Shown here in pieces: positions 58,571-64,000 of a stretch of 64,000 nucleotides of DNA. Under the pieces are notes generated by a model. The model had not been told where the DNA came from. It ran no database searches and worked only from the letters and a program-made list of their open reading frames with translations. The stretch spans positions 992,001 through 1,056,000 of the forward strand of contig CAWDRG010000009.1 of NCBI GenBank assembly GCA_963804645.1, given 5' to 3'. Each line of letters opens with the position of its first letter. Position 1 is the stretch's first letter. Both the position numbers and the translations under genes were made by a program. This DNA comes from an uncultured Bacillota bacterium. Its GTDB lineage: Bacteria > Sysuimicrobiota > Sysuimicrobiia > Sysuimicrobiales > Segetimicrobiaceae.

Positions 58571-58990
58571 ATGGAGATCCGTCGTGCGCACGAAGGGGAT
58601 GGTGAGCGCGTGCATCCGCTGCTCGAGCAGTTGATGCACGCGGACCGCGAGCGCCGGGGGGGCGCGTGGCGCGGCGCCCTCAAGGATCCGGACTACGCCG
58701 CCTGGGTGGCCGAGGCCGACGGCAAGGCGATCGGCTTTCTCGATCTTTTCGTCCTGGCCGACGTGGCGCACGGCGCCAACATTGCCGTGATCAATAACCT
58801 GGTCGTCGATGCGGGATACAGAGGCCGGGGAGTCGGGACCCGCCTGCTGCGGGCGGTCGCACAGCACTGCCGGGAGCGGGGCGCGGTGGAGACGCACGTG
58901 TGGACGGCGCGAGAGAACGCAGCGGCGATCCGGCTCTACACGGCATGCGGATTTGTCGACCGCGGCGTGCTGCTGGAGCTGGAGCTGTGA
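58571..58990 (+). CDS. GNAT family N-acetyltransferase
   Basis: LVVDAGYRGRGVG motif A and N.AAIRLY..GF. Confidence 0.88.
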   Translation: MEIRRAHEGDGERVHPLLEQLMHADRERRGGAWRGALKDPDYAAWVAEADGKAIGFLDLFVLADVAHGANIAVINNLVVDAGYRGRGVGTRLLRAVAQHCRERGAVETHVWTARENAAAIRLYTACGFVDRGVLLELEL

Positions 58991-59021
58991 TCGGCGCGTC
59001 GGTGAGCGGACGGTCCCGAGG

Positions 59022-59789
59022 TCAGAAATAGTTGGACGTGATGCCGCCGTCCGCGACCATCACGCTGCCATTCACCCACGTGGACTCGTCCGACGCCAGA
59101 TAGAGCGCGAGGCTGACGATGTCCTCCGGCCGTCCGAAGCGGCCCATCGGAATGCGGTTGAGGCGCAACTGCTTCGCGTCCGGGTTATCGAGGAGCCACG
59201 ACGTCAGGAGCGGCGTCTCGATCGGGCCCGGGGCGATCGCGTTGGTCCGGATGTGCTTGGGGCCGAACTGCACGGCGAGCGATTTGGTCAGCGCGATGAC
59301 CGCGCCCTTGCTCGCGGTGTACGCGTCCTGGGGGACCGTGCAGCCGACGAGCGCCACGAACGACGCGACGTTGATGATCGAGCCGCCACCGCCGCGCAGC
59401 AGCTCCGGGATGCCGTGCTTGCAGCACAGGTAGATGCTCTTGAGATTCACCGCCATGACGTGATCCCACACCCATTCCTCGACGTCCACGACGGAGCCGT
59501 CGCGCTCGGGGAAGATCCCCGCGTTGTTGTAGAGGATGTCGACGCGCCCAAACGTCCCCACGCCCGCGCGCACCATCTCCCGTACCTGCGACTCGACCGA
59601 GACGTCGCAGGCGACCGCGATCGCCCGGCCGCCCGCGGCGGCGACGGCGGCGGACGTCTCCTGGACGGCCGCGGGCGCGATGTCCGCGGCGACGACGCGC
59701 GCCCCCTCGCGCGCGAACGTGAGCGCGGCGAGGCGGCCCATCGCGCCGCCCGCGCCGGTGATCACGGCCACCTTGTCGCGCAGTCTCAT
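59022..59789 (-). CDS. Short-chain dehydrogenase/reductase (SDR)
   Basis: TGAGGAMG, NNAG, YTASKG, NAIAPG and DGG. Confidence 0.92.
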   Translation of the reverse strand: MRLRDKVAVITGAGGAMGRLAALTFAREGARVVAADIAPAAVQETSAAVAAAGGRAIAVACDVSVESQVREMVRAGVGTFGRVDILYNNAGIFPERDGSVVDVEEWVWDHVMAVNLKSIYLCCKHGIPELLRGGGGSIINVASFVALVGCTVPQDAYTASKGAVIALTKSLAVQFGPKHIRTNAIAPGPIETPLLTSWLLDNPDAKQLRLNRIPMGRFGRPEDIVSLALYLASDESTWVNGSVMVADGGITSNYF

Positions 59790-59803
59790 CCGATGCCGCC
59801 TCC

Positions 59804-61186
59804 TCAGATCCGCTCGAAATTTCGGGCGAGTTCCCAGCACGTGACCGCTCGATCGTACTCGTGCTGCTCGAGCGCGGCCGTATGGTGGTAATGGTCCACG
59901 ACGCGGTCGCCGAACGCCGCGCGCGCGATCTCGCTGCGCCCGAGCTCGGCGGTCGCCTCGCGCAGCGTCGCCGGAATGCGCGGAAGCCCCTCGGCGTGGT
60001 ACGCGTTTCCTTCGAACATCGGCGGCGGCTCGATCGCGTGCTCGATGCCCCACAGCCCGGCGGCGATCGTCGCGGCGAATGCGAGGTACGGGTTCACATC
60101 CGCGCCGGGGATCCGGTTTTCGAGCCGGAGGCCCTGCCGCTGCCCGACGACCCGGAACCCGCAGGTGCGGTTGTCGTGGCTCCACACCGCGAACACCGGC
60201 GCGAAGGTGCCCGGGAGGTAGCGCTTGTACGAGTTGATGTAGGGGGCGAAGAAGTAGGCGAGCTGACGCGCACCGGCGAGCTGCCCGCCGAGGTAGTGGC
60301 GGCACGTCGCGGACATGCCGAGCGGCCGCGCCGCGTCGTCCCAGAAGAGGTTGCGCGCGCCCTCAGTGTCCCAGAGGCTGCTGTGGAGGTGGCAGGATGA
60401 CCCCGCGAGGTCGGCGCGCCACTTCGCCATGAACGTGACCGCGATGCCGTTGAGGGCGGCGATCTCCTTCGCGCCGTGCTTGAGCAGCGTGTGGCGGTCG
60501 GCCATCTCGACGGGGGTCGCGTAGCGCAGGTTGATCTCGTGCTGTCCCGGTCCCCACTCGCCCTTGCTGAATTCGATGGGCACGCCGGCACCCATCAGCG
60601 AATTGCGGATCTGCCGGACGAACCATTCTTCCTTGGTCCCCTGGAGGATGTGATAGTCCTCGATGTAGTGCCCGTAGGGCGTGAGGTCGTGGTACTGTTT
60701 CTCGCGGGCGCGCTCGTACGTCTCGCGAAAGATGTAGAACTCCAACTCGGATGCGACCATCGGCAGCGCGCCCATGCGCGCGGCGCGCGCCACCTGAGCC
60801 TGGAGGATCTGGCGCGGCGACTCGGCGACCGGCGCGCCCTCGTCGTCGCACACGTCGCAGAGAACGAGCGCGGTCCGTTCCAGCCAGGGCAGGCGCCGCA
60901 GCGTGGCGAGATCGGGACGAAGCTGCACGTCCTGATAGCCGGTTCCCCAGCTGGTGAGGCGATAGCCCGGAAGCGGCTCCATTTCGACATCGCACGCGAG
61001 CAGGTAACTGCATGCGTGGGCGCCGCCGGCGGCGACCTCGTCGACGAAGAACCGTCCGGTCACCCGCTTGCCCATCAGGCGTCCCTGCATATCGACCATC
61101 GCGGCGATGACCGTGTCGATGCCGCCCTGGGAGACCTCACGGGTCAGGTCGTCGAGCGTCAGCGGTCCTGCCGCGGGTTGCGTCAT
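59804..61186 (-). CDS. Glutamine synthetase-like gamma-glutamyl ligase (PuuA/GlnA4-type)
   Basis: DMQGRLMGK, ELEF, EWGPGQHE, TFMAK, GSSCH.H.S, NSYKR and RLENRIPGADVNPY. Confidence 0.9.
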   Translation of the reverse strand: MTQPAAGPLTLDDLTREVSQGGIDTVIAAMVDMQGRLMGKRVTGRFFVDEVAAGGAHACSYLLACDVEMEPLPGYRLTSWGTGYQDVQLRPDLATLRRLPWLERTALVLCDVCDDEGAPVAESPRQILQAQVARAARMGALPMVASELEFYIFRETYERAREKQYHDLTPYGHYIEDYHILQGTKEEWFVRQIRNSLMGAGVPIEFSKGEWGPGQHEINLRYATPVEMADRHTLLKHGAKEIAALNGIAVTFMAKWRADLAGSSCHLHSSLWDTEGARNLFWDDAARPLGMSATCRHYLGGQLAGARQLAYFFAPYINSYKRYLPGTFAPVFAVWSHDNRTCGFRVVGQRQGLRLENRIPGADVNPYLAFAATIAAGLWGIEHAIEPPPMFEGNAYHAEGLPRIPATLREATAELGRSEIARAAFGDRVVDHYHHTAALEQHEYDRAVTCWELARNFERI

Positions 61187-61385
61187 CCGAACTCCACCTC
61201 TTCGCGGTCCCGGGTCATCCGTGACCGCCATCCGCCGTAGACTCCGTCTTGGACCCGCGAACCACCTGCTTGGGCCGGCGCGCCCACGCGGGCGCCGTCG
61301 CGGTGACCAACCCGGCGCATCACGTGCCCGGCGAAGGAGTCTTGGCGCCGTCCGCCCAAGCCTCATGCAAACGGGAGGTGGCCGC

Positions 61386-61577
61386 GTGACGCGAGACGCG
61401 CTCTTCGGCACTTGGAGACTGCTCTCAATGGAATCGGCGGACACACAGAGATGGAGTCGGCGTCGCGCGTTCGGGAGAATCCGCGGTCTCGAACACCCGT
61501 GCAGGCCGCATATTCGTGATTGGGTGAAGAGTCGGCGAAAAATCGGTGAAGAATCAGACGCAGACCAGGAGTCGTGA
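61386..61577 (+). pseudogene. Possible truncated lipocalin-like gene remnant
   Basis: GGGAGG RBS, then VTRDALFGTWRLLSMES (GxW lipocalin-like start); recognisable sequence is lost afterwards. Confidence 0.35.
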
Positions 61578-61647
61578 ATTCCGGGAGCATAATTCTTTCA
61601 GCACCACGGACCGGTAGACGGCACGTCTATCTTGGAGGGGGCATAGT

Positions 61648-62772
61648 ATGGTGGAGGACCTCAAGCGGATCAGTACGTTCTTGGTCGCCGCGCTGGTCGT
61701 TCTGGCGCTTGTCTCGATCGCGGCCGCGCAGTCGCCGGCCAACCAACCAATGGGCAGACTCGTGGCCGCTGCCTCGCACGAAGGCCAGCTCACCGTTATC
61801 GCGCTGCCGCACGACTGGTGCGGGTACGCCGACGTCATTAGCAGTTTCAAGCGGAAGTACGGGATCAAAGTGAATGAGCTGAACCCGGACGCGGGGTCCG
61901 GCGATGAAATCGAGGCCATCAAGGCCAACAAGGGCAACAGCGGGCCCCAGGCGCCGGACGTGATCGACGTCGGATTGTCGTTCGGCCCATCGGCCAAGCA
62001 GGCCGGGCTGCTCCAGCCGTACAAGGTCGCGACGTGGAACAGCATCCCGAACGACCAGAAGGATGCGCAGGGGTATTGGTACGGCGATTACTACGGCGTG
62101 CTTGCCTTCGAGGTCAACACCGACGTCGTCAAGACCGTCCCGCACGACTGGCCGGATCTGCTCACGCCGCAGTACGCGAACGCGGTCGCGCTCGCCGGCG
62201 ACCCGCGCTCGTCGAACCAGGCGATTCAAGGCGTGTTCGCGGCGGGCCTGTCGGCCGCGATGGGACACGTGGACGGGGCGGCGGCCGCGGGCTTGAAGTA
62301 TTTCGCCACGCTGAAGAGCCGCGGCAACTTTGTGCCGGTCATCGGCAAGGCCGGGACGATCGCCCAGGGCGCGACGCCGATCATCCTTCGCTGGGACTAC
62401 AACGCGCTCGCGGATCGCGACACGCTGAACGGCAATCCCAAGATCCAGGTGATCGTGCCGCAGACCGGCGTGGTGGCCGGCGTGTACGTGCAGGCCATCA
62501 GCGCGTACGCGCCGCACCCGAACGCGGCGAAGCTGTGGATGGAGTACCTGTATTCCGACGAGGGGCAGCTGCTGTGGCTCAAGGGCTACTGCCACCCGAT
62601 TCGCTTCCAAAACCTCGTGAGCACCCACAAGGTGCCGGCGGACCTGCTGGCCAAGCTGCCGCCCGCGGCCGGGTACGCCAAGGCGCTGTTCCCGACGCTC
62701 GCGCAGCAGGGCCAGGCGGCTCAGGTCATCACGAAGCAGTGGGACACGGTTGTCGGGGCAAACGTGAAGTAG
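61648..62772 (+). CDS. ABC substrate-binding protein (spermidine/putrescine/iron-type)
   Basis: Signal peptide, APDVIDVG, W.DLL, WDYN and APHPNAAKLW; GGAGG RBS. Confidence 0.88.
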   Translation: MVEDLKRISTFLVAALVVLALVSIAAAQSPANQPMGRLVAAASHEGQLTVIALPHDWCGYADVISSFKRKYGIKVNELNPDAGSGDEIEAIKANKGNSGPQAPDVIDVGLSFGPSAKQAGLLQPYKVATWNSIPNDQKDAQGYWYGDYYGVLAFEVNTDVVKTVPHDWPDLLTPQYANAVALAGDPRSSNQAIQGVFAAGLSAAMGHVDGAAAAGLKYFATLKSRGNFVPVIGKAGTIAQGATPIILRWDYNALADRDTLNGNPKIQVIVPQTGVVAGVYVQAISAYAPHPNAAKLWMEYLYSDEGQLLWLKGYCHPIRFQNLVSTHKVPADLLAKLPPAAGYAKALFPTLAQQGQAAQVITKQWDTVVGANVK

Positions 62773-62827
62773 CCCCAACGGTCCCGTCGGCGGTCGGCTC
62801 CTGGTTCCGTGTGATCTCTGGCGCCCG

Positions 62828-62857
62828 CCCCGTCCCCCGGTGATCCGGGGGACGGGG
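62828..62857. other. Perfect 13-bp intra-operon hairpin after the SBP gene
   Basis: CCCCGTCCCCCGG-TGAT-CCGGGGGACGGGG. Confidence 0.65.
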
Positions 62858-62876
62858 TAGGGCGCAGACCGCCGTC

Positions 62877-63779
62877 ATGGCACAGCGAACCGTCCTCGCC
62901 GCCGATCCGCCTCCCGCGGCCGTCCCGCCGGTCCGGCACATCTCGTGGGCATGGGTCGGCGTCGTCCCGTTTCTGATCTTTGCGCTCTTGTTTCTCATCT
63001 TGCCCATGGGGCTCTTGATGGTGGGCGGGTTTCAAGACGCCCAGGGGCATTTCACCCTGGCCAACGTGTTCGATCTGTTTCAACCCAGCATCGTGAGCGC
63101 GTATCTGATCAGCATCAAGGTCAGCGCCGCGTCGGCGATCGGCGGGGCGCTCGTCGGCTTCCTGCTCGCGTATACGGCGATCGCGGGCGGCCTGCCCGCG
63201 TGGGTGCGGCCCACCGTTATGACGTTCTCGGGCGTCGCCTCGAACTTCGCGGGGGTGCCGCTGGCCTTTGCGTTTCTCGCGACGCTGGGGCGCGCGGGAC
63301 TCGTGACGGTGCTGCTCGTCACCCTCTTCGGCTTCAACCTCTACAGCACGGGGTTCAATCTTCTGAGCTTCGCCGGCCTCACGCTCACCTATATGTACTT
63401 TCAGATCCCGCTCATGGTGCTGGTGATGGCGCCGGCGATCGACGGGCTCAAGCCCGCGTGGCGGGAAGCCTCGGCCAATCTCGGCGCGGGCGTGTGGGAT
63501 TACTGGCGGTACATTGCGCTGCCCATCCTGTTCCCGCCGGTCCTCGGCGCGTCACTCCTCCTGTTCGCCAACGCCTTCGGTGCCGTCGCGACGGCGTACG
63601 CGCTGACCGGGAGCTCGCTCAGCATCGTCACGATCCTGCTGTACGCGCAGATTCGGGGGGACGTGCTGCACAATGAGAACCTCGGCTACGCGCTGGCGTT
63701 GGGGATGATCGTCATCACCGGCCTCTCCAACGCCGCGTACATTTGGCTGCGTGGACGCAGCGAGCGGTGGCTGCGGTGA
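62877..63779 (+). CDS. ABC permease (PotB-like)
   Basis: SNFAGVPLAFAF, YFQIPLM and WREASANLGA EAA loop. Confidence 0.9.
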   Translation: MAQRTVLAADPPPAAVPPVRHISWAWVGVVPFLIFALLFLILPMGLLMVGGFQDAQGHFTLANVFDLFQPSIVSAYLISIKVSAASAIGGALVGFLLAYTAIAGGLPAWVRPTVMTFSGVASNFAGVPLAFAFLATLGRAGLVTVLLVTLFGFNLYSTGFNLLSFAGLTLTYMYFQIPLMVLVMAPAIDGLKPAWREASANLGAGVWDYWRYIALPILFPPVLGASLLLFANAFGAVATAYALTGSSLSIVTILLYAQIRGDVLHNENLGYALALGMIVITGLSNAAYIWLRGRSERWLR

Positions 63780-64000
63780 GGCGGGGTCGGCTTGGATCGT
63801 GGCTCGTGATGCTGTTCGGCGTGCTGTATTTCTTCATCCCCCTGCTGGGGACGTTCGAGTTTTCGCTGCGCTACTTCCGCGGCCGCTACAGTTGGGAAGC
63901 GTACCGGATCGTGCTCGCGGACCCCCAGTTTGCCGCGACGCTCACCTATTCGACGGTCCTGGCGCTCGCCACCATCGTCGTGGGCGCCGTGCTGGTCGTT
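63776..64000 (+). CDS. Second ABC permease (PotC-like), truncated by the window end
   Basis: GTGA-coupled start; YFFIPLLGTFEFSLR..AY..V...P.F; open to the end of the window. Confidence 0.8.
   Translation, partial: MRRGRLGSWLVMLFGVLYFFIPLLGTFEFSLRYFRGRYSWEAYRIVLADPQFAATLTYSTVLALATIVVGAVLVV

Noticed and set aside
59804..61186. Housekeeping glutamine synthetase glnA
   Set aside because: The sequence pattern (DMQGRLMGK, SWGTGY) and its context with an SDR and amine ABC transporter fit GS-like gamma-glutamyl ligases.
120..62778. Many long antisense or alternate-frame ORFs (for example 120..2021-, 17755..19968+, 34764..37229-, 51682 N-terminal extension)
   Set aside because: Arg/Pro/Gly/Ala-rich shadows of real genes, expected at ~70% GC where stop codons are scarce; they carry no family motifs.

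Overview
Gene-dense, very GC-rich (~70%) bacterial chromosomal window with about 60 CDSs. I found no rRNA, tRNA, CRISPR array, transposase or integrase. It is dominated by solute-binding ABC importers (Liv-type, two family-5 peptide-type SBPs, an osmoprotectant system with a frameshifted SBP, and a polyamine/iron-type system) and by amide/amine catabolic enzymes (CocE/NonD, M24, formamidase, amidase, SolA, nitrilase, GS-like, aminotransferases). It also holds a sulfatase module (BASS transporter, FGE, TRIC, arylsulfatase, DUF2092, TMEM175), a MarR/ABC-2 exporter, and a DUF72-ligD pair with no adjacent Ku. The standout is a compact, visibly lower-GC two-gene unit at ~31.26-33.68 kb (minus strand). 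It has a sigma70-like promoter with an overlapping palindrome, a 67-aa peptide gene with a good RBS and a central CxxCxxCxxC motif, and an overlapping fused RRE/E1-like/YcaO cyclodehydratase-type gene. No dehydrogenase, protease, transporter or TfuA gene is adjacent, so this is a candidate minimal, undescribed RiPP or small-protein modification system. Other oddities are an S9 peptidase lacking the canonical Asp/His, a TMEM175 with a degenerate signature, and a probable lipocalin-like gene remnant. All family calls are from motif recognition by eye; no database searches were run.
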